A stretch of 64,000 bases of DNA from positions 323-64,322 of the forward strand of contig JBHJHJ010000084.1 in NCBI GenBank assembly GCA_050330955.1. Direction: 5' to 3'. Below are positions 45,483 through 54,525 of the stretch, one piece after another (within the stretch, counting starts at the first letter, position 1; each line of letters starts with the position of its first letter). A model generated the notes under the pieces. It ran no database searches. It was not told where the DNA came from and saw only the letters and a program-made list of their open reading frames with translations. The position numbers and the translations under genes are program-made. Source of the stretch: Elainellaceae cyanobacterium. GTDB taxonomy: Bacteria; Cyanobacteriota; Cyanobacteriia; CAKZMO01.

Positions 45483-46367
45483 TTATGAGGTATAGAATTC
45501 TACGAGCATTTGCCGAAGACTGTGCCGCCAGTGGGGCGGCGTGCCAATGAGACCAGCAATCTTCTGTCCAGATAACACCGAGTAGGCGGGCCTTTCAGTG
45601 GGTGTGGGCCACTCCGCTGTCGTAATGGGGACAACTCGCTTGATTTGTAGTGGTGCCCCCTGGGTCTTGGCCTCCTCAAAAATAGCAACGGCAAAGTCAT
45701 ACCAGCTTGCCACGCCGCTGTTGGTGAAATGGTAAATACCAGGACTAACCGGCTGATCGGAGGCATTGCGCTGGAGCAGTTGGGCGATCGCGGCAGCGAT
45801 ATCCCCGGCCCAGGTTGGCGTTCCGACCTGATCGGCCACAACTTTCACCTCATCGCGCTCTGCTCCCAGTCTCAGCATAGTTTTGGCGAAGTTGCCTTTG
45901 CCTTTGGCGCCGTAGACCCAGGCGGTACGCAGAATGATGTGATTGTCGCAGGATTGGCGAACTCCGTCTTCCCCAAGCAGCTTAGACCTACCGTATGCGC
46001 CCAGGGGCTGGGGCAAATCATTTTCCCGGTAGGGTGAGCTAGTTTTGCCGTTGAAGACGTAGTCCGTTGAGATGTGCACTAAGGTGCTGCCCAAACGCTG
46101 GCTCTCTTCTGCCATCACCGCTGGGGCAATGGCGTTCACCGCGTTGGCAAGCTCCACTTCCGATTCCGCTTTGTCCACTGCGGTGTAGGCAGCGGCGTTG
46201 ACGAGGATATTAGGCTGGGCGGCTCGAATGGCCTCGCGCAACGCGTCGACGTTAGTGAGATCGAGTTCCTGGCGTCCCAGGGCGGTGATATCGCCAACCC
46301 CGGCTAGCGATCGCCACAGCTCTTGGCCGACCTGGCCGTTACACCCAATCAGTAAAACATTGGTCAT
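45483..46367 (-). CDS. rfbD: dTDP-4-dehydrorhamnose reductase
   Basis: LLIGCNGQVGQEL, ISTDYVF, YGRSKLLGE. It has a 4-nt overlap with rfbC. Confidence 0.9.
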   Translation of the reverse strand: MTNVLLIGCNGQVGQELWRSLAGVGDITALGRQELDLTNVDALREAIRAAQPNILVNAAAYTAVDKAESEVELANAVNAIAPAVMAEESQRLGSTLVHISTDYVFNGKTSSPYRENDLPQPLGAYGRSKLLGEDGVRQSCDNHIILRTAWVYGAKGKGNFAKTMLRLGAERDEVKVVADQVGTPTWAGDIAAAIAQLLQRNASDQPVSPGIYHFTNSGVASWYDFAVAIFEEAKTQGAPLQIKRVVPITTAEWPTPTERPAYSVLSGQKIAGLIGTPPHWRHSLRQMLVEFYTS

Positions 46368-46909
46368 GGGTATACCTCAGCACTTTTAAAGGATTGACCG
46401 GCCATGTCCTTTTTCGATAAAACTGGGTCTTCCGATAGAGGCCAGCGAATGTCTACATCAGGATCGTTCCATAGTATGGAGCGCTCGTGCTGAGGGGCAT
46501 AGAAGTCGGTTGCTTTGTACAGCACCTCGGCCACGTCTGACACCACGAGAAAACCGTGGGCAAAGCCAGGTGGAATCCACAATTGATGCTTGTTTTCAGC
46601 CGAAAGCAGTCTCCCGACCCATTGACCATAGGTCGGTGAGCTTCGGCGAATGTCTACGGCTACGTCATAAATTGAGCCCACGACGGCGCGGACAAGCTTA
46701 CCTTGAGGCTGCTCAATTTGGTAGTGGAGTCCCCGCAGCACGTGCTTAGCAGAGCGCGAGTGGTTGTCTTGAACAAAAGATAAATTGATGCCTATTTTAT
46801 CGACAAAGGCCCGCTCGTTATAGCTCTCAAAGAAGAAACCGCGATCGTCTCCAAAGACTCTAGGCTCGATTAAAATAACCTCTGGAATCTCGGTTGGCGT
46901 AACATCCAT
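46364..46909 (-). CDS. rfbC: dTDP-4-dehydrorhamnose 3,5-epimerase
   Basis: FGDDRGFFFESY, LRGLHYQ, IPPGFAHGF. Confidence 0.9.
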   Translation of the reverse strand: MDVTPTEIPEVILIEPRVFGDDRGFFFESYNERAFVDKIGINLSFVQDNHSRSAKHVLRGLHYQIEQPQGKLVRAVVGSIYDVAVDIRRSSPTYGQWVGRLLSAENKHQLWIPPGFAHGFLVVSDVAEVLYKATDFYAPQHERSILWNDPDVDIRWPLSEDPVLSKKDMAGQSFKSAEVYP

Positions 46910-47359
46910 TATTCTTTTAGCTTTAGAAATTAATATCCCTGTTAATCCACCCTATTTTAAATAGTAAATCCTTTTCAGGGAAAAAACTTTCTAAAATAGT
47001 TCAGCTTATTGCTGCAGCTCGCTCAGCAAATTTCAGGCGAACTGCTTACTATCTATCGGTATGAATTAGAAGATAGGATTTGTTTAACGTCGCGCTGTTG
47101 AACCTATTATTAAGGTTCCCAACACTTCTGCATGAATTATCAGCGATTTAGGATAACTTGCAGCTGTTTCAGCACAACCTTTATCCATGCTTTACAGGGA
47201 AATTGGGGCATTTATAGCCCCGATGAAGGTCTATTGCGTCAGGCCGGCTGCTGAGGACGATAGGTACAGCGGTCAGTCAGCAAGCTCAGCCTGAGCTGCT
47301 GGTTCGGGGAGACTTCTGATAGTACCTGCTCAACCCATGCCGGTTGTTGCGCAGAGCAG

Positions 47360-48109
47360 CTACTGCAAGTATTGCCTAGAGCTCAGCGGCATGGTGGTTC
47401 GGCTCGCTGCGGCTGACTGTCCGAGTTGGCCAGCTAGATCCTGGCTGGGGACAATGGACGGAGGGCTTTCGCGATCGCCGACATAGCGAGCGATGTTCGC
47501 ACGCTTGAGCTCTTCTGCCGCAATTTGGGCTGGAGCAGGGATTGTAAGCACGCTGCGCGCCGCTAGATACTTATCTCCCGCTGCGGTCTGTTGGGCTATG
47601 TCTGGAGTACCTCCTTGAGCAAGCCTGTTTTCAGGATCGCGGGCACCCACTGGATCTAGAGTGGCGATGAATGCGACTTCTGACGAGGGAGTGAATGTGG
47701 TCTCTAACAGGGCTTGGTCAATCTGCCAGAGCTCCTGAGGCGATGCGAGTCCATCCCACTGCCAAATCTGAAGCGTCGCTCGCCACTCCCCGTTGGCAAC
47801 GGGAGCAAATTGCCGGTCAAGCAGAGAATAAATAGGTGTAGGGGCGGAGTCTTCCGATGTGAGATTGCGAACGGCAGTAATGGTCAAAGTTGCATCATTG
47901 AGAAGTGTGGCCTCACCCGAAACGAGATAATGTCCGGGCTGACCTGAGGGCTCAACGCTGCGAATTGCAATATTGGATGCACTTTCAGAGGTCAATACTG
48001 TCGGCCTAAAGGAGCATCCTACCAGGGACACTGATGCTAAAAAGGTAAGGACAAAGACGATAAAAATACGGCCAAAAAGCACTCTCTTGATGTGACTTAT
48101 TATACTCAT
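47360..48109 (-). CDS. Hypothetical lipoprotein
   Basis: Signal peptide with lipobox-like SLVGCS. No other motif recognised. Confidence 0.6.
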   Translation of the reverse strand: MSIISHIKRVLFGRIFIVFVLTFLASVSLVGCSFRPTVLTSESASNIAIRSVEPSGQPGHYLVSGEATLLNDATLTITAVRNLTSEDSAPTPIYSLLDRQFAPVANGEWRATLQIWQWDGLASPQELWQIDQALLETTFTPSSEVAFIATLDPVGARDPENRLAQGGTPDIAQQTAAGDKYLAARSVLTIPAPAQIAAEELKRANIARYVGDRESPPSIVPSQDLAGQLGQSAAASRTTMPLSSRQYLQ

Positions 48110-48566
48110 TCTTTTTGCCTGCGTTTAATGTTGAGAGAGCAGTGTAATTCTGTATTCTCTAAAATTGATGATGACTGCGTTGAGATAACCGCGTTGAATA
48201 AACCCCTTGAGACAATATCTAGAGCTTGAAGAACTTTGCTGCGCACACAGTATGCAAAGCCCCCGATGTATTAGCACCCTTGCTATATACTCTCAAGTTA
48301 TTCAGAATTTCAGGATGTCTCCAGGACTGTTGGAAAGTTTCTGTGGCGCTAGTTGATAAGACATATACAGCACTTAAAGCAGACTGTCATCTACTGCTGA
48401 TCAGGTTCAGTATCGTTGCTAAAAGCTTTCAACAAAGCTAGGACTTTAGACCATAAATTTCGAGAAAATCCATATTAGGTTTTCATAAACCGCTGCTGAT
48501 TGTGCGGACGCGATCGCTTTCTAGCGTTATTAGAGAGTGAATACTTAGCCTGAATTAGCAAATCCG

Positions 48567-50591
48567 ATGTCTAGCCCCTCTAATACCAGTGATTCGATTG
48601 CTTATTTAACCTGTGTGGGATTAGGAATTTTTGCGGCTTTGGGTCAAAAGCCCGCGTACGCTGACATGGTCAACCTAGAGGATTTGGGTTACCCGTACCC
48701 AGACACCAGTCAGTCTCAGCCGCTTGACCTGCCGACAGCGACGGCCTTTTGGGAACAGCACAACGGTCTGACAGACGCATCAGTTCCCGCGAGCGAACAA
48801 AGCGCGACCCTACCGAGGCTTGAACCGCTAGACACGCTGGCGTCTAGTCAGTCCACGTCAGAATTAGCCTATTCTCCAGAGAATCTTTTCAACCGCCCTG
48901 ATTTTGACGAGGACAGCAGCCCTGGTCGGGACAGGGATGGCGTTCTAGCACGAGCGGTCGAGCCCCAGCACTTCAACGCGACTGACTCATTTGCTTTTCT
49001 ACCCTCTAGCGCTGCCCCACTAGCTCAGCCGGAGATTACACCGCCGGATTTACCGATAGCAATATCTGAGCTAGCGCAGTCGGTTGACGTGCTTCAGGAG
49101 GAAGTCGATGCGCTCGGGCACCAGCTTGCCGTATTCGATCACAGCGCCTTGAGCAGTGCGCCCAATAATGCGGCTAGTCGTGAGCCCAATAGTGTGCCCA
49201 GTAATGCACCCAGCGGTGAGTCCAGCGGCTACCCTGCGTACATGGCGATCGCGACCCCGCCTTCAATTCCAGTGGTTACCGTCCCAGCTCATCAGCAAGC
49301 TATCCCCGAGTTGCAAGCAGAGCCGCTGGTCAATCCGACGGTAGAGCCACAGCCCACCCAGAGAGACTTTAACGCGGCTGACAACTTTACATATCTACAA
49401 GCTGCCCTGCCTGAAAGATCTGAACTCGGCGGGATTGAGGTCATCGAAACGGTTCCGACTGGGGCAATCGAGATTGCCCAGTCACCAGCACTGCTCCCAC
49501 CTGTCGCGACTCCGCCTGCGGTGGACATAACCGAATCGCCTGTTGTGCAAGAATCTGACGTCTTAGCGCAAGCCGTCGAGCCGGCTCCTCCCTCAAGCCG
49601 GGCTGCTGACTTGGTCGATCCGAATCGGGCCATCACCGACCCCATCGTCAATTTCCAGGCCGCTTTTCTTTTCCAAGATGACGACCTCTCTGCCCGGGGA
49701 AGGCTGACCGGAATTTATCCAATTACGTCTTACTTGCTGGTGGGGGGCTCAATTGACTTAACCGAGGGAGATGCCTTTGTCGACTCTGAGCTAGAGGGCG
49801 TCAACATTAACGAACTCTATGTGACTGTCGCACCGCCTAGCGTTCCCAACCTACGCTTCACCCTAGGCCAAATTGACCTCACCTCATATTTTGACCGCAA
49901 CAGCTTTGCAAAGGATGCGGTCACCCACTTCTTTAACCCTATTTTCCAGACGAATCCAGCCCTAGCCACTAGCGGCCTGGGATCTCGTCAAGGGATTTTG
50001 GCCAACTGGGCGGTGACGGATGACATTAGGCTGGCGGTGAGTGGATTTTCATCTGACCGCAGCATCAGTGATTTTGAGCTAGACGCTGTCGCTGCTGAAG
50101 TGGGCGTCCGGGTCGGCAACGGCATCATTCGCGCCACCTACGTCAACGGTGAGGAATCTGGCGCCAACGACGGACCCGCCGACATCTTTAGTCTCGATCG
50201 GGGAGAGGGTGATTTTGGGGTTGAGGAGGGCGATCGCGAAGAGGCATTTGGCCTTAACGCAGAGTACTTCATTCCTGAAATTAACCTTGGCCTGTTTGCG
50301 CGCTACGGCCACTACAGCAATTCAGACGCCGACTTTGACGCCGATACCATCAGCGGCGGCCTCAACTTCCTGGACGTGTTTATCGAGCGCGATCGCCTCG
50401 GTCTGGCCTACGGCCAAAATTTGGTAGGCGGCGATGGCGACGACGTTGACAACTCCGATGCCTTAGAGCTGTTCTACGACTTTCCCATTCAGCGCAACCT
50501 GCGGGCGGGCTTTACGCTGCAGCAGCGAGATGACTTCAGCGAGACCGTGGTCGGATTCCGGATCAGAAGCGACTTCAACATTTTGCCCTAG
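48567..50591 (+). CDS. OprB-like outer-membrane porin with a long N-terminal extension
   Basis: Signal-like N-terminus, a short coiled coil (LAQSVDVLQEEVDALGHQLAVF), and a C-terminal region of about 300 aa with alternating beta-strand pattern that ends ALELFYDFPIQRNLRAGFTLQQR .. GFRIRSDFNILP. I did not recognise an SLH motif. Confidence 0.6.
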   Translation: MSSPSNTSDSIAYLTCVGLGIFAALGQKPAYADMVNLEDLGYPYPDTSQSQPLDLPTATAFWEQHNGLTDASVPASEQSATLPRLEPLDTLASSQSTSELAYSPENLFNRPDFDEDSSPGRDRDGVLARAVEPQHFNATDSFAFLPSSAAPLAQPEITPPDLPIAISELAQSVDVLQEEVDALGHQLAVFDHSALSSAPNNAASREPNSVPSNAPSGESSGYPAYMAIATPPSIPVVTVPAHQQAIPELQAEPLVNPTVEPQPTQRDFNAADNFTYLQAALPERSELGGIEVIETVPTGAIEIAQSPALLPPVATPPAVDITESPVVQESDVLAQAVEPAPPSSRAADLVDPNRAITDPIVNFQAAFLFQDDDLSARGRLTGIYPITSYLLVGGSIDLTEGDAFVDSELEGVNINELYVTVAPPSVPNLRFTLGQIDLTSYFDRNSFAKDAVTHFFNPIFQTNPALATSGLGSRQGILANWAVTDDIRLAVSGFSSDRSISDFELDAVAAEVGVRVGNGIIRATYVNGEESGANDGPADIFSLDRGEGDFGVEEGDREEAFGLNAEYFIPEINLGLFARYGHYSNSDADFDADTISGGLNFLDVFIERDRLGLAYGQNLVGGDGDDVDNSDALELFYDFPIQRNLRAGFTLQQRDDFSETVVGFRIRSDFNILP

Positions 50592-50682
50592 CCAAATTTA
50601 CTAATGCCCTGAGTGCCCTAGGGCTCTTGGTATATAGCCTTATCAACGCATTTTTATACACCGTAACTCAGTCATTTGCCCT

Positions 50683-52998
50683 ATGAAATGGACAGTACCT
50701 GTGACGCGTCGGCGACGATCGTCCCTTCTTGGAACACTGCTTAGCATTGGTCTGCTCAGCCACGGGCTGGCGATCATTCCCATGGCCCTGCAAGCGCAGG
50801 TCCGCGCCCAAAGCGCCTCTGCCTCCGTGGCTCAGGGCTACACCTATTTGAACCGAGGCTGGGTCGACGGGGCCATTGAGATTTTTCAGCGGGCGCTGCA
50901 GGCCAACCCCCAGTCGGTGAACGCTCAGCTGGGTCTGGCGATCGCCTATCGCCGCGCAGGCCGCGATGCGGAGGCGTTTCAGGCCTACCAGAACGTGGTC
51001 GCCCTAGATCCGAATAATCAGCTCGCGCTGTATGCCTTGGGAGTTTTGGGCGGCTATCGCCCCGAATGGCAAGTGCGCGGCATCGAGGCGCTGACCCAGC
51101 TCCTGCGCCTAGACCCCAGCAGCGCCCAGGCCCGGCAGCAGCGCGGGCTACTCTATCTCTATCAGGGCCAGTTTGAAGCAGCCGTCGCGGACTATGAAGC
51201 TGTACTGCAGACCAGTCCTTCGCCAGAAGCCCTCGCTGGTGCAGCCCAGGCCTTGACCTACAGCGGCAGACACAGCGACAGCGTTGCCCTATTCGAGCGC
51301 TACCGAGCCACTGGCGCTTCACTCAGTGCGGGAGAAGCGATCGCCTATGGTTTGGCGCTGCGGGAGACGGGGCAAAGTGCCCAGGCTGTGACCATGCTGG
51401 AGCAGGTGCTCCGGACACAGCCCAGCCAGACCAGTGCCAGCCTACAGCTCCGGGGGGCGTTAGCTTCGGCCTATGCCGCCAATGGCCAGCTTAACGAGGC
51501 GACGACAACGCTAGCACCACTGCGAGGCCGGGGCGATACGCGATTGATTTTGTCCCGTGCCTACATGGACCTGGCCCGCTATAGCGGTAACACCGCCTAC
51601 GAGCAGGCCGCTGCCGCCCTCTATCGCAGCGTGCTCGACGATCCGACCAACCTCAATGCAGGTCGGGCACGGGAGATCGCAGATGCCCTCAGCGGCATCT
51701 CCGGCCAGCAAACGGTAGCGCTAGATGTGTACCGTCAGCTGAGCCAGCAGTATCCCAACGACGTCGAGATCCAGGTGCGACAGGCGCTGCTAGAGCAGCA
51801 GACCCAGCAGGCCTCAGGAGAAGCCGTCGCCTCTCGGCTGCTGCAGCTGATTGCGTCAGCGCCGCCTGCTGAACAGGCGGCGATCGCCCGCAGCCTGGTG
51901 CAGACCACCTCCCCTGACCCCGCGCTGCTGCCGGTCTACACCCGCCTAGCCCAAGCTGGGATAAATGAACCTTTCCTCTACTACCGCACGGCGCAGATTT
52001 TAGCCGACCAGGGCAACTACGATGCCGCTCGCAATGCAGTGGCCGCATTCGACAGTGCCCGCCCCAGCCAGAGTGAACCTCTAGGCCTGCTTCTGCTGGC
52101 TGATATCGACCGGCGAGAGGGCGACCTGCAGGCTAGCGCCCAGCGTTACGAAGCGGTAATTGCCCGTCGGCCCCAGCGCGCCGTGCTCACGGGGGCACTT
52201 CAGGGCCTAGCCACCGTGCGAGCGGAGCAGCGACAGTTCGATGAGGCGATCGCCCTTTACGACCAGATTGTGGCCCTTAATCCCCAAGATGAGTCCAAGC
52301 AGTTAGGACGAGCCAGCCTGGCCTATGGCGCCGACCGAATCAGCCAAGCAGAGGCGGAAGCCGTCCTGACCCAGTGGCTGTCTCGCCATACGGCATCGGA
52401 AGCGCCCCCCGAGCTATTTAGCTTGGTGGGCGTGCTGCCTGCCTCAGCCACTCGGGAAGCCCTCTATGACCAGTTGCTTAGAGTCGATGGGGATAACGTT
52501 CCTGTGCAAATCCGCAAGATTCAGCTTGTGGCGAGCCGTGACCCTGACGCAGCGCGAGCCCAGGTGGATCAGCTTGTGGCCGAGAACCCAGACGATCTCA
52601 ACGCCTACTTTGTGCGGGGTCAGATTGCCCAAGACTTAGGGGATTTGGGCGACGCCAGCGATGCCTACGCGGCCATCCTCAATCGCAGCCCGGACAACAT
52701 TGGGGCGCTGCTGGCCTTGGGTGGGGTCGAATTTGAGCGGCGACGGTTTGCGACAGCAGAGCGAGCCTACAACCAAGCGTTAGACCTCGACCCCGGCAAC
52801 CCTACCGCTCGGCGATCGCTGGCGGGACTTAACGCCTCCCAAGGGCGGCGACTCGCGGCGCTGGACCAGCTTGAAGAGTTGCAGTCGGAGCAGGCCGCTC
52901 AGGGCATCACAGACATCGATGTGGCCATCGAGATGCAGCGTATCCGCGAAGGATATTTGCTGCAGCGCGGCCTTGAGCCTTACTGGGAGCGGTTCTAG
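50683..52998 (+). CDS. Secreted TPR-repeat protein (resembles the BcsC N-terminal region)
   Basis: Signal peptide, then TPR units along the whole 771 aa (AIEIFQRALQANPQS, AFQAYQNVVALDPNN, AERAYNQALDLDPGN). No C-terminal barrel. Confidence 0.75.
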   Translation: MKWTVPVTRRRRSSLLGTLLSIGLLSHGLAIIPMALQAQVRAQSASASVAQGYTYLNRGWVDGAIEIFQRALQANPQSVNAQLGLAIAYRRAGRDAEAFQAYQNVVALDPNNQLALYALGVLGGYRPEWQVRGIEALTQLLRLDPSSAQARQQRGLLYLYQGQFEAAVADYEAVLQTSPSPEALAGAAQALTYSGRHSDSVALFERYRATGASLSAGEAIAYGLALRETGQSAQAVTMLEQVLRTQPSQTSASLQLRGALASAYAANGQLNEATTTLAPLRGRGDTRLILSRAYMDLARYSGNTAYEQAAAALYRSVLDDPTNLNAGRAREIADALSGISGQQTVALDVYRQLSQQYPNDVEIQVRQALLEQQTQQASGEAVASRLLQLIASAPPAEQAAIARSLVQTTSPDPALLPVYTRLAQAGINEPFLYYRTAQILADQGNYDAARNAVAAFDSARPSQSEPLGLLLLADIDRREGDLQASAQRYEAVIARRPQRAVLTGALQGLATVRAEQRQFDEAIALYDQIVALNPQDESKQLGRASLAYGADRISQAEAEAVLTQWLSRHTASEAPPELFSLVGVLPASATREALYDQLLRVDGDNVPVQIRKIQLVASRDPDAARAQVDQLVAENPDDLNAYFVRGQIAQDLGDLGDASDAYAAILNRSPDNIGALLALGGVEFERRRFATAERAYNQALDLDPGNPTARRSLAGLNASQGRRLAALDQLEELQSEQAAQGITDIDVAIEMQRIREGYLLQRGLEPYWERF

Positions 52999-53069
52999 CT
53001 CCTGTTCTCCCTTCGCCCGCTTGCACAAACCTGTCTGTATAAATCTGTCTGTGTAAGCCCGTCCGCTGT

Positions 53070-54416
53070 ATGTACTGTGTTGAGGTGATCGAGATGGCTA
53101 TCGCTCGACGACTGCTCTTGGGTTTCGCTGTTGCTCTAGTGAGCTGCAGCGGCCCAGAACCCCCCGAACCCCCAGAGCCGGCACCCGTGCCCTCTGTTAA
53201 CCCTGCGCCTGCTGCTGTCGACCCTGCTGCCGGTGACCCAAGCCAGCAGCAGCTTGACGAAAGCTGGCGGGCTTATAAGCGGCGGTTCATCCAAGCGGAT
53301 GGCCGGGTAATTGACCGGGAGGCCAGCGATCGCACCGTGTCCGAGGGGCAGGCCTATGCGCTCTTGAGGGCGGTAATGGCCGACGACCCAGTGACCTTTT
53401 CCATGGTGCTCACCTGGGCTGAAAATAACCTGGCGGTGCAGACCGAATCGGGCCAGGCTCATCAGCTTTGGGCTTGGCAGTGGGGCGTAGATGAGGCTGA
53501 CCAGTGGGGCATTTTGGATGCCAATTTCGCCAGTGATGCCGATCTCGATGCTGCCACAGCCCTGATTCTAGCGGCTCGGCAGTGGGATCAGCCCCAATAC
53601 CTCGACTTGGCAAAGGCAAAGCTGGCCGACCTATGGTCTCTCTCAACCATCGCAGTTCCAATTTACGCCGCTGACGAGGAAAGTGGTGAAGGGAGACGTG
53701 ACGCGGCTGGCGCGACAGTGTCAGACGTTGGCGATCGCTACTTCCTACCCGGACCCAAAGAAGCGTTTCAGCCTGCGCCCAACCAGGTGTATCTCAATCC
53801 CTCATACCTCGCCCCCTATGCGTTTCGGCTATTTGCCCAGGTTGATCCCGCCCACGACTGGCTGACGCTGGTAGACAGCAGCTACAGTATCCTGACGCAG
53901 TCTGCCGAGGTGTCAGCGGTTAGACTGCCCAGCGATTGGGTCGCTTTGAATCTGGCCACAGGCCGCTACACTCCGATTGATCCTGATACAGGGTTGAGCA
54001 GTCGCTATGGGTTTGACGCCTATCGGGTGTGGTGGCGCGTGGCGCTGGATGCGGCCCTAACTGAAGAGCCCAGAGCGCTGGCCTATCTCAATCAGCATTT
54101 GACACCGCTGGTTGAGTTTTGGCAAACGACGGGCCAGATTCCAGCAGAGATCGGCTTGCAGGGAGAGCCGCTCGTAGACTACGACTCGCCGGCCCAATAC
54201 GGTATGGTTTATCCCGCCCTGCAACAGACTTCTCCCGAGGTCGCAGCGCAGATTCTCAACCAGGAACTGTCGTCCATCTATAGCAGCGGTATTTGGGGGT
54301 CGGATACGGCCTATTACACCCAAAACCTGATTTGGCTAGGCCTGTATCCCGTGCCGCAGCTCAATACCCTGGACTGGCAGATGGCCCCCGATCGCCAAAG
54401 TTCAGCCCAGTCTTGA
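53070..54416 (+). CDS. bcsZ: Glycoside hydrolase family 8 endoglucanase (BcsZ-like), probable lipoprotein
   Basis: SEGQAYALLRAV and ASDADLDAATALILAAR GH8 motifs. Lipobox-like ALVSCSG. The start could instead be the Met at 53094. Confidence 0.75.
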   Translation: MYCVEVIEMAIARRLLLGFAVALVSCSGPEPPEPPEPAPVPSVNPAPAAVDPAAGDPSQQQLDESWRAYKRRFIQADGRVIDREASDRTVSEGQAYALLRAVMADDPVTFSMVLTWAENNLAVQTESGQAHQLWAWQWGVDEADQWGILDANFASDADLDAATALILAARQWDQPQYLDLAKAKLADLWSLSTIAVPIYAADEESGEGRRDAAGATVSDVGDRYFLPGPKEAFQPAPNQVYLNPSYLAPYAFRLFAQVDPAHDWLTLVDSSYSILTQSAEVSAVRLPSDWVALNLATGRYTPIDPDTGLSSRYGFDAYRVWWRVALDAALTEEPRALAYLNQHLTPLVEFWQTTGQIPAEIGLQGEPLVDYDSPAQYGMVYPALQQTSPEVAAQILNQELSSIYSSGIWGSDTAYYTQNLIWLGLYPVPQLNTLDWQMAPDRQSSAQS

Positions 54417-54495
54417 TTGTTCTATCAGTTAGCCCGCTAGGTCACGTCTAAGACATATCGCTCATCGGTGCATCTTGCTTCTGAGTTTGTCGCCC

Positions 54496-54525
54496 ATGTC
54501 CTCTAATGTCCTGTAATGTCCTGTG
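54496..54525. repeat. 10-nt tandem repeat x3 overlapping the bcsB start
   Basis: atgtcctcta, atgtcctgta, atgtcctgtg. The GTG at 54523 or the ATG at 54529 would be the bcsB start. Confidence 0.8.

Noticed and set aside
47278-47301. The imperfect palindrome cagcaagctcagcctgagctgctg, downstream of the lipoprotein gene.
   Set aside because: Its centre has no loop (1-nt spacer) and no U-tract on either strand, so it is not convincing as a terminator. No repeat of it occurs elsewhere in the window.
48241-48268. A c-di-GMP (GEMM-I-like) riboswitch upstream of the cellulose cluster. gcgcacacagtatgcaaagcccccgatg recalls the ACGCAAAGCC element.
   Set aside because: Only this short partial match exists. 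I could not find the complementary strand for the P2 helix or the GNRA tetraloop and receptor pair. A covariance-model scan would be needed.
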